This document shows, one piece after another, positions 26,926 to 40,074 of a stretch of DNA of 64,000 bases. Position 1 is the first letter of the stretch, and the number at the start of each line of letters is the position of its first letter. Source of the stretch: Lingula anatina (taxonomy: Eukaryota > Animalia > Brachiopoda); assembly GCA_051362555.1 (NCBI GenBank), contig CM120640.1, positions 53,732,788 to 53,796,787 on the forward strand. Reading direction: 5' to 3'. The notes under the pieces were generated by a model. That model saw only the letters and a list, made by a program, of their open reading frames with translations. It had not been told where the DNA came from and did not search any database. A program made the position numbers and the translations under genes.

Positions 26926-27580
26926 AAGAAAGCATGAGCAGTGTAATAAAGCACTACGAAAGGGCAATTTGAAGAGATGTTGATGCAAAAGGTTTACGTG
27001 TGATCTTTGATGGATCATCCCGCATTCATCCGCTCCTGCATGTAGATGAGATTCATCTTCTATCTGGAAACTTAAATCCCACTTCATTTATTCATTCTTT
27101 GATCGAATTTTTTATCCTCTGAGAACCCGCACAATCCAATCAAACCTAATAAAATGGACTTATGATGTGGCAAAAAAATGTAATGCTGAAGAAGTTGTTC
27201 TCTCGATTTTTTTTTTTTTTTTTGCCTTATTTTGTGAAGTTGGATATATCTAATAATTTCCACTAAGTACATGAAAAGTAATGAGCAGACTTTGAAAATA
27301 ATAGAGTATAGTCAGGGCACGTCACCAGACAGAATATTGATAGTATAGAAGGTGCTTCAGCTCTGTAATAACAGGCATAATTGACTGAACTAATTGACGC
27401 AATATGTGTATAGACTTACCTAGTGTCAAAGACTGCGAATCAAATAACGTTTTATCGATAATCAGTAGTCCAGTCTTAAGCTCACATTACGCTAGACCTT
27501 TTGGTACTTCCGATCCTCACTGAAAAAGGCTGAATCAGGTGACATGTAACATTATCTTAATCCTCTCCCTCCAAAAAAAA

Positions 27581-27660
27581 AATAAATAAATAAATAAAAA
27601 TAATAATAAATAAAATAAATAAATAAAATAAAAAAATTAATAAATGAATAAATAAATAAA
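27581..27660. repeat. (TAAA)n-rich low-complexity repeat
   Basis: Imperfect aaat/aaaat tandem units. Confidence 0.85.
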
Positions 27661-30112
27661 AAAGGCTAATACCTTGTACCGTATGTTCCCCAGAAAAATT
27701 GTAGTTTCATCTTACCAAAGTAGTCGGTGCAATAGGAAACAGGGTTTTCAGTTGTTGACTGAAAATTTATATTGTGATTCCGTGATAATTTGGCATTTCT
27801 GATTGGATACAATGTTTATTTTATGCTTATTTTACTGTTGGTAGGGTGTATTTTCCTCGTTTTTAGGTATTCAATGACAGGCAAACTGAACAATTAACTG
27901 CTATATACAGAAGATTATCATAATTTTTAAAACGTTATACTCGTAGGAGATAAATCAAAGAACAAAGCCAGTGATGATTGAACTGTCAAAGTGAGTAAAA
28001 CGTTTCCACAGCTGGACATTTTGCATTTGTGCCAGTAACGTATATATATGTTCCTTTTTGGGGTTAGCCGATGAATTATTTTTTATTATTCATGTTCCCG
28101 GAGAGTGAAAATTTCATACAAACTTCTTCATGTGGGACCCTAAAATAACAAAACATATTTTGTAATCTGTGCACTAAATATTTCAAAGAGCATGTCTGTG
28201 ACCTTCTTTGCACCTCTATATTGGGTTTGGGTGTCAAGTCAATTATCCCACGGCCGACGTTCCGAACAATACGATAATTGCACTTGTTGTTGTAGTACTG
28301 TTAAAACATGAGTCGTCCACTGTACGTGTTGTACAAGAGTGTAATTATATCGAAGCGGATCCGAGATATAATTTGATCTTGTATGTCGCATACAATGAAC
28401 AGATACAGAGCCGAGAACCCATACAAAAAAGTCAAAAAGGCCACCTTGGGTGTCATTTGTTCAGCATAAAATTAGGGAAGCACTGTAAGAACTAAACAAC
28501 ACATTTTACACAGCCCACTGACAACTTAATAGTGAGTAAAATTTTCTTTCTCGGAACACGCCAATCTGTTCATGGAGGTATAACATCTAGACTACAATAT
28601 AATTCCCTGTTCTAATATACGTCAAGTATTTCTTATCTATTAAAAGAGTTTACGTTTGCATTGTCTGGTCTCTTTCCTCGGAGGCCTCACATGGACCACC
28701 TTGTCCATATATACAGTAGTTCTGTTATCCTGAGTTAAGCTGGTTATTCTTCATCTCTAAATATTATCTAATTGTTACTACCCAAGATTACAGCATTTAG
28801 AACACAGAAACAATATCCTGTGCACATATATAGGCCTATGTTTATCACCTTCATTAATTTAGATTTAAGTGGTTTGCACCTTCAAATAAAACGCCAATCT
28901 TAAAATGCTTTTCATTATCTGTATTGAAAACCTCATTGCTGGGAAACAAAAAATATCGACCTGCAACGAAGGAATCAAGTGAACATTTCACAAATAGCAG
29001 GCTTGTGCATCATTCTACTCAGTGCGATGTGTTTGTAAATTCTGTTATTTTGTTTTCCACCAAGCTAGCAAAGCATAAGTGAATCTCATTCGGATTCTAT
29101 CCCCATTTTACTATTGAAATAAACACACACATGCCCAAATACGTCTCATAAAACATTAAATCCAATAAACCGCTATCTAAGCAGCAGATATTAAATATGT
29201 CTTAATTTTCCGCTTTGCAAGATGTCAAGGGAGCCTTATGATTGTGATCAATTCTGACAGATACACAAAATAATTGGCAAAATATTGCCATGTTGTATTT
29301 CACCGTAAGAGTATTATTAAAGAGAATATTTGGTTTTGCGTCTTGTGCGCTCGTCTTGCTCACATTTCTTTGAAAAGGATTTAACGGATTGAAATTCAAT
29401 CGGATTAAGACACAACAATAACAAATTCCATCCATCAAATATCATAAGCCTATATATATACGACGTTTAAGGATGAGTGTCTGTAATGGCTCCTCGTCGT
29501 CTACTGATACCATTATCATGATTACTGTTGCTGACGATATCAATACATACAGTCGATGCATGGATTTGACAAATGTGACGTTAATGGCACACTATCTTCG
29601 GGACGATCAGGCACATATCGAGCAGTCATTTTCTTCCCAATTTGATTAACCAGAGCGGCGCGTAAAGACAATATATAAAAAAAGATAAAACAAATCTTCT
29701 TTACTTTTGCATTGATTAACCTCTTTTCACTGCGTATCAGTATTATGTTGCCTTTGCGATATAGTGACTAAAGGTTAGTGATAACAATGATTCGTTACCA
29801 ACAGAGAAGTTCGCCACCTACTACAACTCTTGTAGGAAAAAAGTCTCGGCCATTGTGTTAGTTGAGGGTCGGTACGCATTGTGAGATTTCACTCTCATTT
29901 TCTTGGGAAGATACAGACTTGACATTTAATATGGAATATTTCAGTTTCAAAGGTATGCCTAGGTAAAATGCGTTCTTTTTAAGAATTTAGATCTCATTTA
30001 AGATATATGAATAGAGAAGTGTGTGTAGTCAGGTATGTCGCTACCAATTAACTGATTACCATGTCTCTAGCCACCCTAATCCAATATAGAGGTACATTTC
30101 ACCTGCTGAATG

Positions 30113-30164
30113 TAAATAAATAAATAAATAAATAAATAAATAGATAAATAAATAAATAAATAAA
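30113..30164. repeat. (TAAA)n microsatellite
   Basis: About 13 TAAA units, one of them TAGA. Confidence 0.9.
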
Positions 30165-33100
30165 ATTGAATGAATTTTAAGTTATGTTCAATTTTTTAAA
30201 AACATATAGGCCTATGTATATAGAACAAAAATCCACGGCTATCTCAACACCAATGGTAGTCATCAATGAAAACCTGAACCAGATCAAATAAAGGAATAAT
30301 CTGGGAACCACTTGACTATCATTTGATAGAGGGCTACCTAGGAACAATTTTAGGTTGCACGATGAAAATGTCGGTTCACACAGAGCACTTTTAATCGCAG
30401 ATAACTTTCAGACCAAAGGAATGAGCAGCTACCTTGGGCATCAAGATCGCCATATTTGAGCCACATAGACAATCTGTGTGTAGGTTATCTGTGGGTAGGT
30501 AGGTAATAGCCTAGTAGGTAATAGCGTCCTACTGGTCCTACAACAAAACTGAGTCAGTCGAAGGTCGAAGGAGTGAATCCTCACCTGTAAGGCCTTCATG
30601 ATTTGAAATTTCATTCAACAAGTTTTAAATCTGTATATTGTAACATACTAGGTATAGATTTAACAAACCTTCAAGAGATAATAACTCTTCGTATGAGATC
30701 CGTATTTCACAATTAATACATTGTAAACAACTCATATAATTAAGATATAATTAATTTTATTTTACCACCAAAAACGCGGTTATCGCAAATATTCTGGAAT
30801 CTGTGCCTGCCATCAGACCACGTTACCTCTATAGATGGCTACCCTCTGTCATAATCTCTTGAGAGATTAAAAGAAAAAAGAAGGATATTTCACTCTTGGT
30901 GGACAATTTTTATATTAAAATATTTAGTTACAGTGGTTGTGAATTTCAGTTTAATAGGGATCTAGTTAGGGAATCAATGAGTCACCTGTTTCCAGATTTC
31001 TCTGCTAGGAACTAATTTGACAGCAATATATGTGTATGAGCAAATCAAACATCGTGTGATTCTATTAGCTCCGGCTTGACTGCAGTTCTATCACAAACAG
31101 AAAGGCAACAGTTTCTTTAGAGATTAAAAGAAATAAAATGACACCTTCCTCACGCGCCTCAATGCATCAGAAAGCGGCCTAATGTAAGTATTGATTTTCA
31201 TCCCTTTATTATCCCTTCTGAGAAACCCTTGCAGTGTCCCAGTCTGCTCACGCCATAACAATTGAGTGTGAGACATAAAATCCCCGGGCGTTAAATGTCA
31301 TGAAGGCGAATGGTTGAGAGGAAATGTTACATAAACAATTTTTTTCTGATTTTTTTATTTCTTTTTTATCCAACATTCAATATAAGTAATCAGGAAAGGT
31401 CTCCATTCATTTTAGTGTACGGAAGCACGCAGAGGCCACACCCACAACAAATCTACACAACAACAACAAAAATACTGTGGTACATTTAGTTGCAAGGATA
31501 TTTGTTGTGGTTGTGAGTTTTATTCATTTATTAATTTATTAATTTTGTTTTGAGAGATAGTAGTCCATGTACGCTTCAGTAGTCATATAAGACTGAGCAT
31601 AATAAAGTTATTTAATTTAGATCCTAAAAATTCGCCTACTTTACTTTTAACATTTATGCCAAAAGACAAGCCTGTCAAAAGAGATAAAGGACTCCTGTGT
31701 AAAGGTCAAGTCTCCCTCAGACCTTTCTGCAAGTTCGGTAGCCTTCAGATATACAGTCGCCATTTGATCTATAACACCAATTAACTGTTCTTAAACTCTA
31801 TAAAGATGAAAGATGTCCTTCCATATATGAATAACACATGCAGACGCAATGCAAACTGTCATTATTGATCGCAAACGAAATGCAAATAAATCATTCTGCG
31901 TGTGGTGCGGTCACTAAATTCAGCTGAATAAATGGTCTTATAAGCTTAAGACCATTTCCCAACCCAGGGCATTGACAAGTGAGCATCACTGTAGACTGCT
32001 GTCGTTGATCATAAAGGGAGGCGTAACTATTTATACATTTTTTACGACACAAAAACATTTTATTTAGAAACAAGAATGGGACCCCCCCCCCCAAAAAAAA
32101 AAAACAAAATCAAACCGCCACTTCTTTCTCTTACTCAGAAATCTGCATTTAGACGTGCGCGCGCGTGTGTGTATGTGAACCTTCCGAATACCACTCCAAG
32201 CAGGTACAGCACAGGGAAGTTAAGAGCTACACACCTCTCCGGCAATGTTCGAAAAAAATGCTGCACTCTAGTAAATTCTTCAGTAGTATAAGTATGCTTC
32301 AATGGACCCCTCATCTCTCCTCTTTACCATTCAATTCAGTTGATGCAGCGGTCGTCACTAATTCTAAGAATGTATGGATTATAATTCTAAGAAATGTTAA
32401 AAACAGGCTAACGTTTATCAACAAAAAGAAATTGCTAGTTAAAATACCTTGCCAAAGCACCATCTGCCAACCTTGGAGAGAGGATTTTAAAAGGCTAAGT
32501 TTATGCTTCACGTAGCGTCTCGCGCGTGCTTTAGTTCACCTGAGTGGATATGACATTCAAATAACGGTAGAGGGGTGTGAATTTCTTCTTTTTCTTTTTG
32601 TAATAAGAAGACTCTTCCATTATACTTCAAAAGCCCAACATTTCCCTCGTGACAATCTAATATGAAAACGCCATTATTGTTTAACACCTGGGGCATGGAA
32701 ACCTTTAAGGTCATAAGAAGACATACGGAAAGTAGTTGGCGTTTTACATGAATACGCCATTACAAAGTCGTCTTTCTAATTGACGCTATTACTTAGTGGT
32801 GAATTTTATGAGGTTATTGATGACATGAGAGGGCATTTTCATCAATTTGGTACTCGTGTGTCATTACCATCTAACATTATTCAGTGGGGAATTCATTATT
32901 GCTTATTTCATATATCTGTCTGTCATTACTTTCTTCTAGGAATAGGCCCATTTTTTGTCGATGAAGTAGCTTTGGCCATAAACTCTGCAACAGAGAGTCT
33001 GTTTGTAGGTTATTTCTAAATATGCAAAGATATATGAAGACCACCTAAGCAAAGAAGAAAAGGCAACCACTAACGCCCCTTTCATCTTACCAATGTAGCC

Positions 33101-33258
33101 AAGTTGATTTAAGTAGCACCGGTCCTCTGATATAGGCCTGCCTCTTTAGTCACAATAGAACTGATTAACAGTCAAACATTGAACTTTGAAGACGTACATG
33201 GTGTATTTTTTCTTACGGCCAAAACATGCCAAACAGGTACATTGTATTTCAAAATTTG

Positions 33259-33307
<49 letters not shown>
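33259..33307. repeat. 49-nt poly(A) tract
   Basis: Uninterrupted A run. Confidence 0.95.
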
Positions 33308-33310
<3 letters not shown>

Positions 33311-33415
33311 ACGAGCACGAATGAACCATCCTTGGATAATTTATCAATATTCACTGATAGATGTAATCTAAAAAACTGTACGTTTTGACAAGCTATTATT
33401 TATTCCCAACGAGTT

Positions 33416-33424
33416 TGTGTGTGA

Positions 33425-33467
<43 letters not shown>
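33416..33467. repeat. (GT)n-(GC)n microsatellite
   Basis: Alternating purine-pyrimidine run. Confidence 0.9.
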
Positions 33468-33468
<1 letters not shown>

Positions 33469-35367
33469 CTTTAAAATTAATTTGATATATTTATGAGAAC
33501 ATATGAGTTTGTCTAGAAAATAAAAACATCAAATTAAGAATGAGAATACAGTAAAATTCTATGTTGGACAATTCAAGGTTTGCACTATTATTTTATTCAT
33601 GTTTGATCCTGAACATTATTTACCCCTCATCTTTTTCATAATGAAAAACAAACAAAAGTTCTTGCGTGTCCTTTGTATGCATAACAAAACAAACAGAGAA
33701 ATACATGTATCCCCCAAGACCTGCAGTTTAAAAAACATTGTGTTAAGTTTGAACTATGCAAATTTTCCCCTATACGGGTAAATATATTGATGTGGCTTTT
33801 GTAAAATTGCTTACATTGCAGCTCTCTGAAAATCAATATGCCCTCAAGATTGGGGGCAAATAAGAATTCCGTTCGAAGTCAAAGCACTATATCGTAAAAG
33901 TATGTTAACTCGTTTTACTCATGATGTCGAAAACCTTTTTTCTCAAACAAGACAAACGACTTTGCAATTTATCAATATTGGTTATAATCATAGTATGTAT
34001 TTACCTTTTGCTTGCCAATTTTCTTCATGTTCTTCATACTATCTCCATAAACGTTCTAATCCTTTCACACAGACAAGTTTCTGCGCATTATCTGATAAAG
34101 GGAAGCCGTTGGAAGGTGCAAGTCCTATTACACTGCTGATTACCTAATTCTCTCCCAGAATTTACAGAAGTTCAAGAACTGAGGCATCGATAACGTGGTT
34201 AGCTGTCAGTAGATCAGGTCATTAAGAAACGGGTGAAATCAGCAACAACAAAATCTATCAACACTAACCGCTAAATCAACTGGCATGCCTTCTTTAAGTT
34301 GGTTTGAAAGCGTCCATGTATTTCTTGTCAGTAAGTTTATCCTTATCCCAGATGTCAATCTGCCGCTGTAAGAAACTTTCTATAATTGATCCGGGTTGAT
34401 TCGTACGGATAAATCTTTCAGAAATAAATCACCAGATTATGCCTTCATTACGTGCTGAGGGGTGTGATATAAAGGATGGGAAGCGTTTTAATGATAGAAA
34501 AACCAGCATAATTACGTTAATATCATTGGTCAGTGACGCACAAGAGCAAAATACATTAATGGGAATCACTCATATGTCACTACATGGTTTCAACGAATCT
34601 CAAAGGACTTGGTTAAAGCTGGGAGGTTTAATACGATCCGCAGCATTTGGCAGAAATTAGGCGGGTCAAACTTCGTATCTCGATATACAGCTTCTGTTTT
34701 CTCTGATCTACAGAGGTTTTTAAGATTAGCCTTCAGCCGCTTAAGTTGCCCTTCAGGACCCACGTCTGACTCAGATTAATGTGAGTGGGAATAGTGCGTT
34801 ATTACATCCATGTCAATAATGCACTTAAGAATTTGACAGACATAGAACTGGAATAGTGTCGTCTCCCTTCACTCGAGAACGATGTGAATATGCCTGCTTC
34901 TTAAAACCTTAGCCTACAACTGAGAAATAATATGAAAAGGTACTTCTCAGCGAAGAAAACGACAAGCAATTATTAAATAGCAGGCGTGCATGTATACTTG
35001 TACATTTTTTTCATTCGGTGATAAATTTGATTTCGTTGAAATGAAGAATCATTTCAAAAGATTTATAAAATTACTTGGGATTTATTTTATTTATTTTTTT
35101 TTTGGTCTACCACTTGAACCAGCCGGTTGTTTTGAAGAGTTCTACTCTGCAGTTAACATTTTTCGCACGGCGGGTATCCTAAAGTGAATAATCCTTCGAA
35201 ACTATTTCGGGGTTCATTTACTTTATCAGACCAAACAGTATTGGACGGGGATTTGGGAAGTCTTTCTGTTCAATGGCTATTTCCCCAGTGTTTGAAGGAT
35301 CACGGATTTTGGAAATGGAGGAGGAGGGCGAGGACCTTTAACAAAAGAAACGTTTTATTCGTCTACT

Positions 35368-35589
35368 CTTAGACCCCATTCCCAGAGATTAGATCGATCC
35401 AACTAGATCGACCTAACTTCCTGGGGGTTCACGCTAAATAGCTGTCAGCTGAGCGGACACGAAAGTTAATTACCCCCTTACAGCTTGTAGTAGGCGGGAC
35501 GGACATTTAAGCCGGATTATCTGACAGTAATCTAGTGAGACTCCCCACGGGGATAGATCGATCTAAAATCTATGGGAATGCGCCCTAAG
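35368..35589. mobile_element. Inverted-repeat element (probable MITE)
   Basis: cttagaccccattcccagagattagatcgatc pairs imperfectly with gatcgatctaaaatctatgggaatgcgccctaag. Confidence 0.55.
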
Positions 35590-37049
35590 TTCATTTGGAG
35601 TAACGGCAACAGAGGCTGGACTCCGGGGGACAAAGGCGTATTTGCGGTACATGCACGAAGTCGCACTGCGCAGTTCCTAGTAAAGTGCTGGAGACCCATG
35701 GGCATTCAAAGTCACACCTTAAAAATGTTAATTGGTGAAAAATGAAAAATTCACACAAACAAAATAATAATAAAAACTTCGACAAAAACAATCCATTCAG
35801 GCTGGTTATCGAACTCGAGCTGTTTTAACCCAATAAATACACTAAAATTGGTAAATAATAAGTAGCATCGTTTTCCTTTTATTGTACTTACTGTGGGAGT
35901 GCATTTTTGCTCAATTCTGATGTGATCACCGCCAGCTTGAATCGTAAACTACTGTTACTGTGGATATTCAGATAATGTAACTACTGTACATATATCAAAG
36001 GACTTTGAACACACGGAAATTCAGTCAAAAATGGAAATTGCCAATTTGTGAAAAAATGATAAATTCTCAAACAATCTCGGAACGGTGAATTAAGAAAAGA
36101 TTCGGCTGGTTCCAAACTCAAGCTATATCCGAGTCCTATGAATAATTTGAATTTGTGGACGAGTATCACCGTTAACAGTAACAACTGCAACAGACGAAGC
36201 TGATGGCTTTAAGTCCAAATAGTGAATGTCCTTAATATTTATAAAATAATACATAAAATAATAATAATAATAATGATGATGAAAATGTAAAAAATATAAT
36301 CAAAGAGATTTTTGTGAAATTTTGAGAAAATGGCTCATCCATTCAATTTCTATTTTCAGTTTCACTAGTTATTTTTTACATTTTATCCCTTCTATAAAAA
36401 TGGTAATAAATGAAATCATGCAAATTCTTAATATCTGAAAAAAGAACTTGTTCTAATGTCATCATTTCCATAGGGTTAAGGTGTATTACAACAAAAATTT
36501 TGAGCAATTTAAGAGTGCTAAGGCCTTTCTAATTTTAAAATCATACTTTTGCATCATAATGCATCCAACAGCAAAAATATACATACTGTTTTTCAATAAA
36601 TGAAAATATATAAATTTTGCGACCAATGGTTTATAAAGAAGAAGTTTACCACAACATTTTTTCAGAAGAATATATATTTATTTTTAAATAAAACCAAATA
36701 AAAGCAAAGAAATAGTTTGACTCACCAGCATTGATAAAAAGTAAGTGGTAAATTCGCTGTGGTAAATTAAGTGCAACTGCATCATTAAAATACTATAGGA
36801 AATAAAAATAGCATAAATCCTCAGCTTTATACTATAGCAGTAAGACCAGCTTTTTTAGAAAAAAAAGTTCATGATAAGAATGTTTTCATCATTATACAAA
36901 TCACATAAAACTCTAAATTCTGGCCAGCCAAAATAGCTTCAATATGTAAACACACATATTGCAAGAAGTCCACATTGCACCATTCTTCTTAAATCTTAGG
37001 CTTTGCCTCACCATGTCTCTCTCTCTCTCTCTCTGTCCACTGAATGCAA

Positions 37050-39445
37050 TCAAGATGCAGTGTTTTCTAAAACTTTCTTCTCAAGGGAAAAATCATACTG
37101 AAATGTAAAAATATCTCAAAAGTACTTTTGATGGACAATTATGTAAAGACAAATGATAACTGAATTACTCATTAGGATCCCCAAGTTTAAATTCCATCAA
37201 AAAAAATCTTTACAAATAGTTTTAACTTTCCCTTTAATTTGATTATGGAAAACAGATTGTCCTTTGCCAATGGTACAATGAATTGTCAACAATTTGGTTT
37301 GAGTAATTATACATGCTTGACCAGGATGATACTTTACCTTCATGTTTTCTAAGGAAAGTTTGCGATCTTCATAGTTCAATGGGAGTGTAATCTACAAGTG
37401 TTAACAAGATGATATTATATGATATTTTATGTATTAATAACATGTAATTATCAAATAACCTGTCCCCCATTCTCTATCTGCATTATAAGTTAAGCATGGC
37501 AAATGTTCTGACCATTTCAAGGATATTTTGATAAAAATATTTCTACCAGTAAAATGCCTCTTTATGACACTTCTCACCTTTTCAGTAATTATTCTGTATT
37601 TATCACTAAGCTGAAATTCTACTCCATCTAATTCATGATGGGCTGCTTTGCTGTTTGTTATTTGACCTGAAAGGAAGACATTACAAAGAAATGTAGCTAC
37701 ATGTATCTGAGTAGATAGAGTCTGAAACAATGGCTTCTGTGCTGTGTAATCTGCTGGGCATTTTAATGCTTCTACACAAAAGTAATGGGCTAATTTTTTA
37801 TATTTCTCACAAACCTGCTTGTATGAATTTGCTCTTTTAAGGCTCCTACTCTATGTGTTGGGAGTGCTGCTTCAACTCAGACTCATTTTTCTCCTATAAA
37901 TCAGAGAATGTTTGCCAAACTAAATTGTTTGTGGCAAATTTGCAGGAAACCTGCTGCAAACTTATCATTTTACTAAAGGATATAGCTAGGGCTTACTCTG
38001 CTCCATACTTAGCCTTTCACTATAGTAATCTATTCTAGTTACTAGAGTAGAGCTTAGGACACTATTTGGACAAGTAATAATACCAGGCCCGTAGCCAGGG
38101 GGGGTTCGGGGGGTTCGAAAGAACCACCCTTTTTGCTGGGAAAAGGTCCACTCTTGGTAAAATTTGATCTACAGGTATGTACATGAGAATTTTGTGGTAA
38201 AAGGTCCACTTTTTCAGAAAACGAACCACCCCTCTGAAATTGCTGGCTACGGGCCTGAATACTGTAATAAGCCTCCAGCCCTCTAGAGGAATTATTCAAC
38301 CATGTTGTTTTGTATAAGTCACCTGTAAGCACATCACAAGTCACCAGTCATTCACTAATGCATCTTCTCTACACCAATGTGAATTTGATTCCATTTTTTA
38401 AAACTTTCATAGGGCTTCAGGACCATGAGAGGTTTCTTAAAAAAATCACCATGTATGTTTGGCAAAGTAGACTATATACTAATATAGTTAACTATTTCAT
38501 AATTTGTTCAGAAAAACTCAACCTATTTTGATCGGGGTTTTGCATTATGGTAGAATAGTGTGGTATAGCAAATCCATGTCCAGAAATACACATGCCTCTT
38601 TTTTTTTATCAAATATTATTATTTATCATAATGTTTGTATGTATCAGTAGGGTCCATGGGTGATTGTACTGGGGTAGGTAGTGCTACCAGTAATTGTTAG
38701 TTTTTGCAAACCCCCATAAAGTGTCCCAGTGTCAGGTTTCTATATATATTTTGAATTGTATTCTGCATCTCAACTATTCCATCTTGTACAGAGACATGAC
38801 TAGGAACAGGTGGGAACTGATTCTGTAGGCAGTATTTTGATAATCTAGAAAAGGTTGAAAATGAAAAAGTTATAGTACAATCTTTAAAAATAAATATTTT
38901 AAAAAGTCAGTTGACAGCAGCAAGACAAAATATATGCAATGTAAAAGAACAAGGGCTTACTAGGAGTACAAGAGTTAATGCCAGATCCTGCCTAAACCAA
39001 AATTTTGACTGTGTGTTCATGCCCAGCTCAGACACTAACTGTGTGATAAACTTCAAGTGTCTAGGAAAGTATTTTGGGATTGAAAGTCAAGTTTTACACC
39101 TTTCATCTTTGGCTCATTCTTAAAAATGACGTCTGGGAACTTTGACAAAGTTAAGAGTGATGTAAAAGAACAACTTGAACGTCTTACTAGGAGTACGAGA
39201 AGCCTTTTAACTAACATGTCAGTATATGATAATTTGAGGAATTATATTCTTCTTCTTCTTATTATTATTTATTTTTATTTATTTATTTATTTATTTAATT
39301 ATTGTCAAAACACCTCTTTTGCTCTCCATCAGACTACTGGCCAAAAGTGCATAAGTGACGGTTGCGGGATTCACTTACTTTGTGGTGCATATCCATCTCC
39401 TTGGTGGCTAAAATTATCTGCGCTGTAATTTGACCTACGATACAT
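37050..39445 (-). CDS. 85-aa UMA-domain-only protein (UBAP1/UMAD1/MVB12-type ESCRT-I subunit); exons 39445-39379, 37666-37578, 37391-37338, 37097-37050
   Basis: Spliced product MYRRSNYSADNFSHQGDGYAPQSQITNSKAAHHELDGVEFQLSDKYRIITEK|ITLPLNYEDRKLSLENMK|YDFSLEKKVLENTAS*. Canonical splice sites (gtaagt, gtgaga, gtaaag; ttcag, tgtag, ttcag) with phases 1/0/0. LDGVxF...LP...YDFSLEKK is the UMA signature. Confidence 0.85.
38084..38257. mobile_element. MITE copy 2, TIR CAGGCCCGTAGCCAG, 5-bp TSD AATAC (hAT5-like), in intron 1 of the UMA-only gene
   Basis: aatac-CAGGCCCGTAGCCAG...CTGGCTACGGGCCTG-aatac; perfect 15-bp TIR. Confidence 0.9.
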
Positions 39446-39449
39446 CTTC

Positions 39450-39830
39450 AAAACGTAAAGGACAACTGTACATAAACTTTTTTTGGTTAAAAACAAACCA
39501 TTTGCGGATCTTTCAAATACGTCGTCAGCTCTCGTCCTAACCGGAAGTCAACACAGTATGAAAGTATCGAGTACACGAGAAAAATGGAGACATATCTTAA
39601 ATACATATGCGCTTTCTTTTTTTCTTTGGTGAATATTTTTGACAATCTTGAACTCATTTAGTGGTCGTGATATGAAGAATCCGAAGGATTTTTTATTGTA
39701 GGCCAATATTTTTCTGAATGACGTCAGATGCAGTTTCAACATGGCAGAATAATATTTTGGACCACAGGCCTATGAATCAGCACTGCTGTGTCATTTGTGT
39801 TTTCTGTCCTGGTATTAAAAAGGTAGTGGT
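39450..39830. promoter_or_regulatory. Bidirectional promoter between the UMA-only gene and UBAP1 (ETS/GABP CCGGAAGT 39541-39548; CRE TGACGTCA 39719-39726; YY1-like AACATGGC)
   Basis: Local CpG-retaining island between two divergent genes whose ATGs are 630 bp apart; contains motifs typical of housekeeping bidirectional promoters. Confidence 0.65.
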
Positions 39831-40074
39831 GCATTTTGATACACCGTGGACTTTCTTTATATAATTTTGATTGTTGTTGAGTTTACTGGTAATGTGTCTT
39901 ATTTATACTGATACCAAATATTCGAGGCAAAATTGCAATTATCTGTAGCTTAGTGACATCGACAGGCAAATGATGTTATCAGTATCAGTTTGATTGCATG
40001 ATTTACATCCATGTCATTTATTTGCTACATTTTTCAGAGTCACTAAGGTATTAAAATACGTAGCTGAAAGTATA

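Noticed and set aside
33172-33371. Poly-Phe and poly-Lys ORFs; possible retrocopy tail
   Set aside because: Artefacts of the poly(A) tract; no TSD or upstream coding remnant seen.
38938-39200. Imperfect direct repeat (tgtaaaagaacaa...cttactaggagtac) twice, and a short ggtcacttctaaag tandem at 41289-41325
   Set aside because: Only 2-3 units without regular spacers; ordinary local duplications, not CRISPR-like arrays.
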